From NCBI GenBank assembly GCA_029961055.1, contig JASBVM010000048.1, forward strand, positions 5,600 to 69,599: a stretch of DNA of 64,000 nt. The letters run 5' to 3'. This DNA is from Bacillota bacterium. GTDB lineage: Bacteria; Bacillota; Sulfobacillia; JAIMAT01. Below the pieces are notes generated by a model. It had not been told where the DNA came from. It saw only the letters and a program-made list of their open reading frames with translations, and did not search any database. How positions within the stretch are numbered: the first letter of the stretch is position 1; the number at the start of each line of letters is the position of its first letter. The translations under genes were made by a program, and so were the position numbers. Shown piece by piece: positions 11,015-22,326 of this stretch.

Positions 11015-12010
11015 ATGAAGAAGCTGATCAACCGGGTCGAAGACGTGGTCGACGAGATGCTGGACGGCTTCGCGGCCGCCCACGCGGACCGGGTCCGGCG
11101 GCTGGAGGGGACGCAGGTGATCGTCCGCGCCGACGCCCCGGTCCGGGGGAAGGTGGCGCTGGTCTCGGGCGGCGGCTCCGGCCACGAACCGGCTCACGCC
11201 GGCTACGTGGGCGAGGGCATGCTGGATGCGGCGGTGGCCGGGGCGGTCTTCACGTCGCCCACCCCGGACCAGGTGCTCGCGGCCATCCGGGCGGTGGACG
11301 GCGGCGCCGGCGTCCTCCTGATCATCAAGAACTACACCGGCGACGTGATGAACTTCGAGATGGCGGCGGAGATGGCGCGGGCCGAGGGCATCCGGGTCGA
11401 GCAGGTGGTGGTGGCGGACGACGTGGCGGTGGAGAACTCCACCTTCACCACGGGGCGCCGTGGCATCGCCGGCACCGTCCTGGTCCACAAGATCGCCGGC
11501 GCGGCGGCCGCGGCGGGGAGGAGCCTGGACGAGGTGAAGGCGGTCGCGGAGAAGGTGATCGCCAGCGTGCGCAGCATGGGCATGGCGCTCTCGCCCTGCA
11601 CCGTGCCCGCCGCCGGCAAGCCCACCTTCGAGCTGGCCGAGGACGAGGTGGAGATCGGGATCGGCATCCACGGCGAGCCCGGGGTCCGGCGCGAGGCGCT
11701 CCGGCCGGCACGGGAGATCGTGGCCGAGCTCGCCGCCAAGGTGCTGGACGACCTGCCCTTCCAGCGGGGCGACCGGGTGGTGGCGCTGCTCAACGGCATG
11801 GGAGCCACGCCGCTGAGCGAGCTGTACGTGGCCTACCACGAGCTGCGGGCGGTGCTCCGGGAGCGGGGCGTGGAGGCGGCGCACAGCCTGGTGGGCGAGT
11901 TCATGACCTCGCTCGAGATGGCCGGCTTCTCGGTGACGTTGCTCAGGCTGGACGACGAGCTGGAGCGCTACTTCCTGGCGCCGAGCCAGGCGGTCGCCTT
12001 CCGGCGCTGA
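11015..12010 (+). CDS. dhaK: PTS-dependent dihydroxyacetone kinase subunit K
   Basis: MKKLIN, SGGGSGHEPAH, KNYTGD, GIGIHGEPG. Confidence 0.96.
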   Translation: MKKLINRVEDVVDEMLDGFAAAHADRVRRLEGTQVIVRADAPVRGKVALVSGGGSGHEPAHAGYVGEGMLDAAVAGAVFTSPTPDQVLAAIRAVDGGAGVLLIIKNYTGDVMNFEMAAEMARAEGIRVEQVVVADDVAVENSTFTTGRRGIAGTVLVHKIAGAAAAAGRSLDEVKAVAEKVIASVRSMGMALSPCTVPAAGKPTFELAEDEVEIGIGIHGEPGVRREALRPAREIVAELAAKVLDDLPFQRGDRVVALLNGMGATPLSELYVAYHELRAVLRERGVEAAHSLVGEFMTSLEMAGFSVTLLRLDDELERYFLAPSQAVAFRR

Positions 12011-12165
12011 TTCCGGGGAAGGAGCGGGCGGCGGAGGCCGGGCGCGGCGGAGCCCGGGAGAGCGCAGACACGGGGGAGACACGGGGAAGAGACGTCTACC
12101 ATGAGGTACGCGCGGCGTCCGGCTTCCGCCGGGCGCCGCGGTGCCGGGGAGGTGCCCGGAATCGG

Positions 12166-12846
12166 ATGGCGGAGGAGATGGACCTGGAGCTGGCTCGCGC
12201 CGCGATCCGCGCCATGGCGGCGGCCATCCGCGAACATGCGCAGGAGCTGACCGACCTGGACGCGGCGATCGGCGACGCCGACCACGGAACCAACATGGAC
12301 CGCGGCTTCCAGGCGGCCTTGGCGCGGCTGGACGGCGGCCAGGGAGACCTGGGCGGTCTCCTGCGGGACGTGGCCATGGCGCTGATCTCCACCGTGGGTG
12401 GCGCGTCGGGACCGCTGTACGGGACCGCCTTCCTGCGCGCCTCGACCCCCCTGGCCGGGCGGTCGGCGGTCTCGGCGGCAGAGGTGGAGAAGGCCCTCGC
12501 CGCCGCCGTCGAGGGGGTGCGTGAGCGGGGCGGTGCCGCGCCCGGGGAGAAGACCATGGTCGACGCGCTGGTGCCGGCCCTGGAACGCTTCCACGCCGCG
12601 GTGGAGCAGGGCGCCGGCCTCGCCCGGGCGCTCGCGGCGGCGGCGGAGGGCGCCTGGCAGGGGGCGAGGCAGACCGTCGACCTGGTGGCGACCAAGGGGC
12701 GCGCCTCCTACCTGGGCGAGCGGTCGCGGGGTCATCAGGACCCGGGCGCCACCTCCTCGGCGCTCCTCCTGCAGGCGGCGGCACGGGCGCTGGCGGGCGA
12801 GGGGGAGCGGCGGGCGGCCGGCGGTCCGGGCGGGGGCGCCGGCTGA
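12166..12846 (+). CDS. dhaL: Dihydroxyacetone kinase ADP-binding subunit L
   Basis: LDAAIGDADHGTNM, GGASGPLYG, KTMVDAL, GRASYLGERSRGHQDPGA (start 12166 or 12178). Confidence 0.95.
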   Translation: MAEEMDLELARAAIRAMAAAIREHAQELTDLDAAIGDADHGTNMDRGFQAALARLDGGQGDLGGLLRDVAMALISTVGGASGPLYGTAFLRASTPLAGRSAVSAAEVEKALAAAVEGVRERGGAAPGEKTMVDALVPALERFHAAVEQGAGLARALAAAAEGAWQGARQTVDLVATKGRASYLGERSRGHQDPGATSSALLLQAAARALAGEGERRAAGGPGGGAG

Positions 12847-13238
12847 TGGTGGGGCTGGTGCTGGTCTCGCACAGCCGGCGGCTGGCCGAGGGGCTCGAGG
12901 AGCTCCTCCGCCCGCTGGCGGGCGACGTGCCGCTGGTGCCGGCGGGGGGCACCTCGGACGGCCGCCTGGGCAGCGACGCCACGCGGGTCGCGGAGGCTTG
13001 CCGCCAGGCGGACCGGGGCGACGGCGTCCTCGTCCTGGGGGACATCGGCAGCTCCATCCTCAGCTCGAAGCTGGCGCTGGAGCTCCTGGCCGCCTCCGAC
13101 CCGGCGATCCGGGTCCGCATCGCCGACGCGCCCCTGGTGGAGGGCGCGGTGGCGGCGGCGGTCCAGGCCAGCCTGGGCGACCCGCTGGAGGCGGTGGTGC
13201 GCGCCGCCGAGGAGGCGGGCCGTCAAGCCAAGCTGTGA
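12846..13238 (+). CDS. dhaM: Dihydroxyacetone kinase phosphoryl donor subunit (EIIA-Man fold only)
   Basis: MVGLVLVSHS, GDIGSS, DAPLVEGA; TGATG coupling. Confidence 0.92.
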   Translation: MVGLVLVSHSRRLAEGLEELLRPLAGDVPLVPAGGTSDGRLGSDATRVAEACRQADRGDGVLVLGDIGSSILSSKLALELLAASDPAIRVRIADAPLVEGAVAAAVQASLGDPLEAVVRAAEEAGRQAKL

Positions 13239-13282
13239 AGGGTCCGATCCGGGAAGAGGGTGGAGCCCTGGGACGAAGGGGG

Positions 13283-14454
<1,172 letters not shown>

Positions 14455-14467
<13 letters not shown>

Positions 14468-16290
14468 GGCGGAGCCTCCAGCAGGGCCGGCTCCTCCACC
14501 AGCAGCTCCTGCTCCAGCTCCCACATGCGCCGGTAGAGGCCGCGCCGGGCGAGAAGCTGCCGGTGGCGCCCGCGCTCCACCACCCGCCCGCGATGGAGGA
14601 CCACGATCTCGTCCATCGCCTCCAGGCCGGCCAGACGGTGGGTGACCAGGAGGAGGCTCCGCTCCCCCAGGTGGGCCAGGAGCGCCTCCATCAGCCGCTG
14701 CTCGGTCAGCGCGTCCAGGCCGCCGGCGGGTTCGTCCAGGAGGAGGATCGGAGCCGGCCGCAGGAGCGCCCGCGCCACCGCCACCCGCCGTCGCTCGCCG
14801 CCCGAGAGCCGGAGCCCGGCCTCGCCCACCTGCGTCGCCATACCCTCGGGAAGCCCGGCCCACCATTCCTCCAGCTGCGCCACCCGGAGCGCCCCGCGCA
14901 GCTCCGCTTCGCCCGCGCCCGGGCGGCCCAGGCGCAGGTTCTCGCCCAGGCTGGCGTGGAAGAGGTGGCTCTCCTGGGCCACCACGCTGAAGAAGGAGCG
15001 GACGAGCGCCGGCTCCATGCCGCGGGTGGGGCGGCCGTCCAGGAGGATCTCCCCCGCCTCGGGGTCGCGGAAGCGGACGAGCAGGTCGAGGAGCGTGCTC
15101 TTGCCCGATCCGCTGGGCCCCACCAGCGCCACCCGCGCGCCCGGCGCGAGCGAGAGGTCCAGGTCCGCGAGCGCCGGCCGCTCCGCGCCCGGGTAGGTGT
15201 AGCGGAGCCCCCGCACCTCCAGGCGGACCGGCCCGGCGGCCACCGGCTCGACCTGCTCGGCCGGCGCCGCGGAGGGCGACGCAGAGACCGGTCCTGAGGT
15301 CAGCGGCGGCAGGGGAGGCTCGGGCACCGGCGGGGGCGTCCGCTCCAGCTCCTCCAGCCGCCGGGAGGCCTGGACGCTCTCGCCCAGGCCCGCCAGGGCG
15401 GCGGGCAGCGGCATCACCGCCTCGAAGGCCGCCAGGGCGGCCAGCGCGACGGCGGCCACCTCGGGGCCGGGCAGGTGGCCCGCGCGGACCCGAGGCACGG
15501 CGAGCAGGAGGACCGCGGCCATGGCCAGGTTCTGGGAGAGACCGAGCAGCGCGCCGGTCAGCGCCTCGGCGCGGCGCAGCCCGCGCTGGTGCCGGATGAG
15601 GCGGGCGCTGGCGGCGGCCAGGCGGCGAGTCCATGCGCCTTCCTGGGAGAAGGCGACCAGTTCGGTCATCCCATGGACCGCGTCCACGCCCAGGGTGGTC
15701 AGCTCCGCCCGGGCGGCGGGCAGCGCCTCCGCCTCCTGCCGCGCCAGGCGGTGGGAGAGGGCGGGCAGCACCGCCCCCGCCAGCAGGTAGAAGAGGCTGA
15801 AGGCCAGGGCGAGGGCGAGCCCCCGCGGGGCCAGGATCGCCCAGCCCAGGAGGAGGGTGAGCGCCGCCACCGCCGGCGGGTAGAGCAGCCGCAGGAAGAG
15901 GTTCTGGAGCGTCTCCACGTCCTGGACCATGCGGCTGAGCAGATCGCCCCGGCGGATCCCGCCCAGCCCGGCGGGTGCCAGCGGCGCCAGCGCCCGGTAG
16001 AAGGTGACCCGCAGCTCGGCCAGGAGGCGGAAGGTGGCGTCGTGGGTGACCAGCCGCTCCAGGTAGCGGAAGACGCCCCGGGCGATGCCGAAGAAGCGGA
16101 CCCCCACGATGGGCACCCAGAGGAGCAGGATGGTGCTGGGGCGGAGGGCGGAGGCCGAGATCAGGTAGCCCGAGACGGCCAGCAGGCCGACGTTGGAGCC
16201 CACGGTGAGCAGGCCGAGCAGGAGCCCCAGCGAGACCCGCCGCCGGAGCGGCCGGAGGAAGCCGAGCCAGCGCCGCAGGACCCCGTCCAC
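14455..16290 (-). CDS. cydC: Thiol reductant/heme ABC exporter CydC
   Basis: VRFFGIARGVFRYLERLVTHDATFRLL; GPSGSGKST; LSGGE; DEP. Confidence 0.93.
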
Positions 16291-16292
16291 CG

Positions 16293-18086
16293 CTACCCCT
16301 CCCCCTGCCCGGCGCCGGCCGGTGCGCCCGATCCCACGTAGGCCCGCGCGAGCCGCGCGTAGAGCCCGCCCTGCCGGAGCAGCTCCCGGTGCGAGCCCGA
16401 CTCCACCAGCCGGCCCTCCCGGAGGACCAGGATGCGGTCCATCTGCCGGATGGTGGCCAGCCGGTGGGCCACCACCAGCGCGCCGCGACCGGCCAGCAGG
16501 CGGCGGAGCGCCTCCTGGACCAGCGCCTCGCTCTCGGGGTCGAGGTGGGCGGTGGGCTCGTCCATCACCAGCCAGGGGGCGCCGCGCAGCCAGGCGCGCG
16601 CGATGGCCAGGCGCTGCCGCTCGCCGCCCGAGAGACCGGCCCCTTCCTCGCCCAGCTCCGTCTCCAGGCCGAAGGGCAGGCGGCGGACGAACTCCTCCGC
16701 CCCGGCCGCCCGGAGCGCCGCCCAGAGCTCCGCCTCGCCGGCTCCCGGCTTGGCCAGGCGCAGGTTCTCCGCCACGCTTCCGGCGAAGAGGTAGGGCTGC
16801 TGGGGGACCAGGGCCACCTGGGCGCGCCAGGCGAGCGGTCCGATCTCCTCCAGGGGGCGCCCGCCCACCCGGATCACGCCCGCATCCGGCCGGAGGAAGC
16901 CCATCCAGAGCGCGAGGACGGTGCTCTTCCCGGCGCCCGTCGGCCCCACCAGCGCGACCCGCTCACCCGGCTCGACGGCGAGGTCGAGCTCCTCCACGGC
17001 GGGCCGGCCGGCCCCGGGGTAGGTGAAGGTGACCCCCTGGAAACGGACGGCGCCCGTGCCGGCGGGCACCGCCGCGGGAGATGGGACGGCATCCTGCGCC
17101 CGCCCGGCCGTGCCTTCCGTCTCCGGCCAGGCGGCCGGCTGCTCCAGGATCTCGAAGATCCGCCGGCTGGCGGCGGCGCCGGTGGCGGAGGCGTGGAACT
17201 GGGTGCCCAGCGTGCGCAGCGGCTGGTAGATCTCCGGCGCCAGCAGCAGCACGAAGAAGGCGTCGCGGAAGGGGATGCCGCCGCTCAGCAGGCGGAGCGC
17301 CAGCGCCACCGCCACCACCGCGGTGCTGATCGAGGCCAGGAGCTCCAGTGCCAGCGCCGACAGGAAGGCGATCCGCAGGGTGGCCATGGTGGCGGTGCGG
17401 AAGCGGTCGCTCACCCGCGCCACCGCCTGTTCCTCCACCCGTTCCAGGCCGAAGAGCTTGAGCGTCGGCAGCCCCTGCACCACGTCCAGGAAGTGGGCGC
17501 TCAGGCGCGCCATCTCCCCCCACCGCCGCCGGGCTGCCACCGCGGCCTGGCTTCCGATCAGCCACATGAAGAAGGGCAGGAGCGGCAGGGTGACCAGGAA
17601 GAGGAGCCCGGAGACCCAGTCGCGCGGGAAGACGAAGGCGACCAGCAGGAGCGGCACCAGGGCGGCCAGGGCGAGCTGCGGCAGGTAGCGGCTCAGGTAG
17701 CTCTCCAGCTGTTCGACGCCCTCCAGCAGCGTGTTGGCCAGCTCGCCGCCCTGCTCGCCCACCGCCTTGGCCGGGCCCGTCGCCAGGAGATGGCCGGCCA
17801 GCCGCTCGCGCAGCTCCTGCTTCACCCGCGCGGCCAGCTCGAAGGCCGCCAGATCGCTCCCCCAGGCGAGGAGCGCCCTGGCCAGCATCACGGCCAGCAG
17901 GGCGGCCGCGGCGCCCGTCAGGGCGGGGAGGGCGGCCCCGCGCAGGAGAACCCGGTCGACGATACCCGAGAGAAGCCAGGCCTGGGCGGCGGTGAGCAAG
18001 CCGGCCACCAGCCCCAGGACCACCACCAGGACGAGCAGGTGGCGGACCGGCCGTACCCGCGCGATCAACCTGCGGTCCATGCCCAT
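16293..18086 (-). CDS. cydD: Thiol reductant/heme ABC exporter CydD
   Basis: YLPQL, HFLDVVQGLPTLKLF, TLRIAFLS, LLLAPEIYQPLR, GPTGAGKST. Confidence 0.93.
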   Translation of the reverse strand: MGMDRRLIARVRPVRHLLVLVVVLGLVAGLLTAAQAWLLSGIVDRVLLRGAALPALTGAAAALLAVMLARALLAWGSDLAAFELAARVKQELRERLAGHLLATGPAKAVGEQGGELANTLLEGVEQLESYLSRYLPQLALAALVPLLLVAFVFPRDWVSGLLFLVTLPLLPFFMWLIGSQAAVAARRRWGEMARLSAHFLDVVQGLPTLKLFGLERVEEQAVARVSDRFRTATMATLRIAFLSALALELLASISTAVVAVALALRLLSGGIPFRDAFFVLLLAPEIYQPLRTLGTQFHASATGAAASRRIFEILEQPAAWPETEGTAGRAQDAVPSPAAVPAGTGAVRFQGVTFTYPGAGRPAVEELDLAVEPGERVALVGPTGAGKSTVLALWMGFLRPDAGVIRVGGRPLEEIGPLAWRAQVALVPQQPYLFAGSVAENLRLAKPGAGEAELWAALRAAGAEEFVRRLPFGLETELGEEGAGLSGGERQRLAIARAWLRGAPWLVMDEPTAHLDPESEALVQEALRRLLAGRGALVVAHRLATIRQMDRILVLREGRLVESGSHRELLRQGGLYARLARAYVGSGAPAGAGQGEG

Positions 18087-18108
18087 GACCGGAGCCTCAC
18101 CTCGACGC

Positions 18109-18136
18109 GGGGGCCGGCCCCAGGGGGCCGGCCCCA
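18109..18136. repeat. Tandem 14-nt repeat GGGGGCCGGCCCCA x2 (each copy self-complementary) between cydB and cydD
   Basis: Read directly at 18109-18122 and 18123-18136. Confidence 0.8.
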
Positions 18137-18192
18137 CCCTTGCTTCCTAATCTCCCACGTGCAGGCTCGCGAAGCCAGCCAGGCCGTCGCCC

Positions 18193-19206
18193 TCAGTAGA
18201 TCAGCCTCTCGCGGACGCCGATCCGCTTCCGGAAGATCCAGTAGGTCCAGGCCTGGTAGGCGAGGACGAAGGGGACCAGAGTGACCGCGACGATGGTCAT
18301 CACCTTCAGCGTGTACGGGCTGGAGGAGGCGTTGTAGACGGTCAGATTCCAGGCCGGGTTGAGGCTGGAGATCATCACGTTCGGGTAGAGCCCCAGGAAG
18401 ATGGTGGCCACCGCGGCGACGATCATCACGCCGTTGAGCACGAAGGCCCAGCCGTCGCGGCCGCGGTCGAGCATCGGCCGCACCGCCAGCAGCGCCAGGC
18501 CGCCGACCACCACCAGGAGACCCGGCAGGAAGCCCGGCTTCTGGAAGAGGTCCGTGGCGAAGTAGCTGTAGACCGCGAAGAGAGCGGCCACCACCGTGGT
18601 CACGGCGCCCACCCGGCGCGCGGTGCCCACCGCCCGGTCGCGGAGCTCGCCCTCGGTCTTCAGCGCCAGGAAGAGCGCCCCGTGCAGGGTGAAGGCGAGC
18701 ACGGCGAAGAGGCCGCCCAGGATGCCGTAGGGACCGAGCAGCGTCCAGAGCGTCCCCGTGTAGTTCATCTTGGCGTCGATGGGCACGCCGTGCACCAGGT
18801 TGGCCAGCGCCACGCCCCAGAGGAGCGCTGGCAGGAGGCTGCCGACAAAGATCAGCCAATCCCAGGTGTTCCGCCAGCGCCGGCTCCCGTCGCGGCTCCG
18901 GTACTCGAAGCCGACGCCGCGGACGATGAGGGCGAGGAGCATCAGGACCAGCGCCAGGTAGAAGCCGCTGAACATGGTCGCGTACCAGTTGGGGAAGGCC
19001 GCGAACATCGCCCCGCCGGCGGTGATGAGCCAGACTTCGTTGCCGTCCCAGTGGGGGCCCACGGTGTTGAGCAGCACCCGACGCTCCTGGTCCGAGCGAC
19101 CGAGCCAGGGAAGCAGGATGCCCACGCCGTAGTCGAAGCCCTCCAGGAAGAAGTAGCCCACGAAGAGCACGACGATCAGCGCGAACCAGACCGTGTTCAG
19201 ATCCAT
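18193..19206 (-). CDS. cydB: Cytochrome bd oxidase subunit II
   Basis: LEGFDYGVG, GPHWDGNEVWLITAGGAMFAAFP, RGVGFEYR. Confidence 0.96.
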   Translation of the reverse strand: MDLNTVWFALIVVLFVGYFFLEGFDYGVGILLPWLGRSDQERRVLLNTVGPHWDGNEVWLITAGGAMFAAFPNWYATMFSGFYLALVLMLLALIVRGVGFEYRSRDGSRRWRNTWDWLIFVGSLLPALLWGVALANLVHGVPIDAKMNYTGTLWTLLGPYGILGGLFAVLAFTLHGALFLALKTEGELRDRAVGTARRVGAVTTVVAALFAVYSYFATDLFQKPGFLPGLLVVVGGLALLAVRPMLDRGRDGWAFVLNGVMIVAAVATIFLGLYPNVMISSLNPAWNLTVYNASSSPYTLKVMTIVAVTLVPFVLAYQAWTYWIFRKRIGVRERLIY

Positions 19207-19219
19207 TCGCCTTCCCTCC

Positions 19220-20614
19220 TCAGACGCCCACGCCCGGCTCGACGCCGACCACGGGGGCCGCCTCCGCTTCGGTGCTCTCCAGGCCGAGCCGGACGTACTT
19301 GAGCGTGAGGTAGACGTCGGCCGCGGCCATGACCGCGTAGAGCAAGGTGAAGAGGCCGAGGCTGAGCCCGACGTCCAGCGCGCTCACGGTCGGCGAGACC
19401 GCGTTGGCCGTCTTCAGGAGGCCGGTCACCACCCACGGCTGCCGGCCGATCTCGGTCATCAGCCAACCGGTGGTGTTGGCGATGTAGGGCAGCGCGATCG
19501 CCCAGACGAGCAGCCGCAGGAAGCCTCTCCGCGCGCCCAGGTCCCGCTTCCTCCACATCAGGACGGCGCCGTAGATGCCCAGGATGAGCATCAGCACGCC
19601 GGCCAGCACCATGATGCGGAAGCTCCAGAAGGTGACGCCGACGGGCGGCACGTAGTCCCCGGGACCGTAGCGGGCCACCGCCTGCTGCTGCAGCTCGGCG
19701 ATGCCCGGCACGCTGCCGGAGAGCCTGCCGTAGGCCAGGAGGCTGAGGGCGTACGGGATCTGGATCTCCAGGTAGTTGCGCTGGTTGGCGCTGTCGGGGA
19801 TGGCGAAGAGCGTCCACGGCGCCGGATCCGGGCTGGTCTTCCACAGCGCCTCCGAGGCCGCCATCTTCATCGGCTGGGCGCTGACCAGGTGGACCGCCTG
19901 GGCGTGGCCCATCACCACCACCAGAAGGCTGAAGACCGCCGCGAAGAGGACCCCCAGCCGGAGCGAGCGGACGAAGAGATCGGGATGGTGCCCGCGCAGG
20001 ATCTGGTAGGCGCTGATGCCGGCGACGAAGAAGCCGGCGGTGGCGTAGGCGCCGAAGATGACGTGCGGGAACTCCACCCAGAGCTGCGGGTTGCCCAGCA
20101 GGGCGAAGAAGTCGACCATCTCGGCCCGGCCGTGACGGAGGACGAAACCCACCGGCTCCTGCATGAAGGAGTTGGCGGTCAGGATCCAGAGGGCCGAGAG
20201 GGTGGTGCCCAGGGCCACGAGCCACATGGAGGCCGCGTGGAGCGACTTGGAGACCTTGTCCCACCCGAAGATCCAGAGTCCGAGGAAGGTGGACTCCATG
20301 AAGAAGGCGAGCAGCGCCTCCACGGCCAGGGGTGCCCCGAAGATGTCGCCCATGAAGCGGGAGTAGTCCGACCAGTTCATGCCGAACTGGAACTCCTGGA
20401 GGATGCCGGTGACGACGCCCAGCGCAAAGTTGACCAGGAAGAGCCTGCCGAAGAATTCCGCCAGCTTCCTGTACGCCATGTCGCCGCGACGCACGTAGAG
20501 CGTCTCCAGGATCGCCACGAGGACACTCAGGCCCATGGTCAGCGGCACAAACAGAAAGTGGTAGACGGTCGTGACGCCGAACTGCCATCGCGCAAGCAGA
20601 AGATTCAGATCCAT
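19220..20614 (-). CDS. cydA: Cytochrome bd oxidase subunit I (short Q-loop)
   Basis: YHFLFVP, QEFQFGMNWS, QPMKMAASE, GWLMTEIGRQPW. Confidence 0.97.
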   Translation of the reverse strand: MDLNLLLARWQFGVTTVYHFLFVPLTMGLSVLVAILETLYVRRGDMAYRKLAEFFGRLFLVNFALGVVTGILQEFQFGMNWSDYSRFMGDIFGAPLAVEALLAFFMESTFLGLWIFGWDKVSKSLHAASMWLVALGTTLSALWILTANSFMQEPVGFVLRHGRAEMVDFFALLGNPQLWVEFPHVIFGAYATAGFFVAGISAYQILRGHHPDLFVRSLRLGVLFAAVFSLLVVVMGHAQAVHLVSAQPMKMAASEALWKTSPDPAPWTLFAIPDSANQRNYLEIQIPYALSLLAYGRLSGSVPGIAELQQQAVARYGPGDYVPPVGVTFWSFRIMVLAGVLMLILGIYGAVLMWRKRDLGARRGFLRLLVWAIALPYIANTTGWLMTEIGRQPWVVTGLLKTANAVSPTVSALDVGLSLGLFTLLYAVMAAADVYLTLKYVRLGLESTEAEAAPVVGVEPGVGV

Positions 20615-20814
20615 ACTCCGCCCTCCTCGCCAGGAGCGCGCACCTGCCGGCTGTGGGGCGAGGCAAAAGACAACTTTACCGTGAAAAAATAGCCTCGCTC
20701 CTACCTAAGCGTACGCGAGGCCCTATCCGCGCTGAAATCACCCAACAGGGGGATCTACGCCTGGCACGAAGGGAGGATGGGGCGGAAGCTGCCCGGAACA
20801 TGCCGCAGCGTCGC

Positions 20815-20858
20815 AAAAAAGCTGCCCGGGCTGCGAAAAATAGACGCCCGGGCAGCTT
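20815..20858 (-). terminator. Intrinsic terminator after OsmC-like gene
   Basis: Minus strand AAGCTGCCCGGGC...GCCCGGGCAGCTT followed by TTTT. Confidence 0.75.
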
Positions 20859-20882
20859 CGGCCAGATCCGGTGGCGTTCGCC

Positions 20883-21419
20883 TCAGCGGCGGCCGACGGG
20901 CGTGACCGATGCTTCCAGGGGTACCGGGTTGCGCAGGCACCAGGTGGCCGGGCAGCGCTCTTCCGCCAGCCGCAGGAGGCGGTCCAGCGTCTCCTGGGGG
21001 GCGTCGCTCTCCACCTCCACCTCCCAGCGGAGCGCGTCGAGCGCCGGCGCCTCGCTGACGCCGAAGAACCGCGCGAAGTTGAGGTCGGCCGTCGAGCGGA
21101 CGTGGAGCGAGCGAAGCTGGACGCCCTCCAGCGCGGCGACCAGCGCGTAGGTGGAGGCGAAGCAGGCCATGGCGCCGTACATGCAGTACTGGACGGCGCT
21201 GGGGGCGAGACCGTTGCCGCCCATGTGGGGCGGGAAATCCGCCTGGAGCGTGACCTGCCCGGCCCTGGGGGTGGCGAGCGAGGCGGCGAACTGGGGCTGG
21301 CCGTCCTGGAAGTTCCAGTCGCCCTCGAGGACGACGGTCTGCCGGGTGCTGCCGCCGGAGGCGGCCTGGTCGATGGTGGAGCGCAACGCCTCGACGTCGA
21401 CGTTCTGGAACACGGTCAT
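20883..21419 (-). CDS. OsmC/Ohr family protein
   Basis: ADFPPHMGGNGLAPSAVQYCMYGAMACF and AEERCPATWCLRNPV Cys motifs; GGGAGG RBS. Confidence 0.85.
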   Translation of the reverse strand: MTVFQNVDVEALRSTIDQAASGGSTRQTVVLEGDWNFQDGQPQFAASLATPRAGQVTLQADFPPHMGGNGLAPSAVQYCMYGAMACFASTYALVAALEGVQLRSLHVRSTADLNFARFFGVSEAPALDALRWEVEVESDAPQETLDRLLRLAEERCPATWCLRNPVPLEASVTPVGRR

Positions 21420-21486
21420 CCCTCCCGGGCGTCCGGCCGGCAGGCCCCGCCTCCGCCGCGGTGCGCGGAGGGTGCCCCGCCGGCTC

Positions 21487-21508
21487 TATTCAATCATGCC
21501 ATTGAATA
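21487..21508. promoter_or_regulatory. Perfect inverted repeat TATTCAAT-N6-ATTGAATA, probable ArsR-family operator
   Basis: AT-rich 8-6-8 palindrome in the divergent intergenic region of an otherwise very GC-rich sequence. Confidence 0.75.
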
Positions 21509-21545
21509 TACCAAAGAATGCGGGGAGACCAAGCGGGGTGAGCCG

Positions 21546-22322
21546 ATGGGCGACGGTGGAGATCGGTCTCCGGCGGGGCGCATGGCTGCGGACGACCGCG
21601 CCGCCGCGGAAGGGGAGGCCTTGGCAGGGCTCGCCCGCTTCGCCCGCGCCCTGGCCCACCCGCACCGGCTCCGGCTGCTCGGCCTCCTGGCGCAGCGCCC
21701 GCGGACGGTCGAAGCGCTGGCGGAGGCAGCCGGGCTCAGCGTGGCCAGCGCGTCACAGCACCTGGGCGTCCTGCGGCGGCAGCGGCTGGTGGTGGCCGAG
21801 CGGCGTGGGCTCTACGTCGAGTACCGCCTGGCGGGTGAAGATATCCTCGGCTTGTGGCTCGAGCTGCAGAGCGTGGCCGCGCGGCACTCGGGCCGCCTGG
21901 CGGAGCTGGCGCGCGAGGCGGGCGGGCAGGGGGAGGGGCAGGGATCGGAGCCGCCGGTGAGCGCGGGCGAGCTGGCCGGGTCGCTCGACCGGGTGCTGCT
22001 GCTCGACTTGCGGCCGGCGGCGGAATTCGTGGCCGGCCACCTGCCGGGGGCGCATTCGCTGCCGCCGGAGGCGCTGGCCGCCGGGGCGCAGGCGCTGGAA
22101 CGGCTCCCGCGGGGAGCGGGGGAGAGGGTGGTGGCGTACTGCCGGGGGCCGTACTGCTTCCTCGGGCGGAGCGCCCTGCCCCTCCTGCGGCGACGCTTCC
22201 CCCGGATCCGGCTCCTGGCGGGAGGGTTCGCCGCCTGGAGGGCCGAAGGATACCCGGTCATCCGCGGGGACGCTGCGGCCGAGGCAGGTGGTCCGCCCGT
22301 CCTCCGCGCAGGGAGGCGGTGA
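21546..22322 (+). CDS. ArsR/SmtB HTH regulator fused to rhodanese domain
   Basis: ALAHPHRLRLL...ASQHLGVLR...RRG..VEYRL; DLRPAAEFVAGHLPGA; AYCRGPYC (start 21546 or 21582). Confidence 0.9.
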   Translation: MGDGGDRSPAGRMAADDRAAAEGEALAGLARFARALAHPHRLRLLGLLAQRPRTVEALAEAAGLSVASASQHLGVLRRQRLVVAERRGLYVEYRLAGEDILGLWLELQSVAARHSGRLAELAREAGGQGEGQGSEPPVSAGELAGSLDRVLLLDLRPAAEFVAGHLPGAHSLPPEALAAGAQALERLPRGAGERVVAYCRGPYCFLGRSALPLLRRRFPRIRLLAGGFAAWRAEGYPVIRGDAAAEAGGPPVLRAGRR

Positions 22323-22326
22323 ACCG

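Noticed and set aside
12066-12086. Direct repeat AGACACGGGG x2 between dhaK and dhaL
   Set aside because: Two short copies with no spacer structure; not CRISPR-like and no functional evidence.
18087-18192. Small CydX/CydS-type ORF after cydB
   Set aside because: No RBS-led hydrophobic small ORF seen; the gap holds only a GC-rich tandem palindrome.
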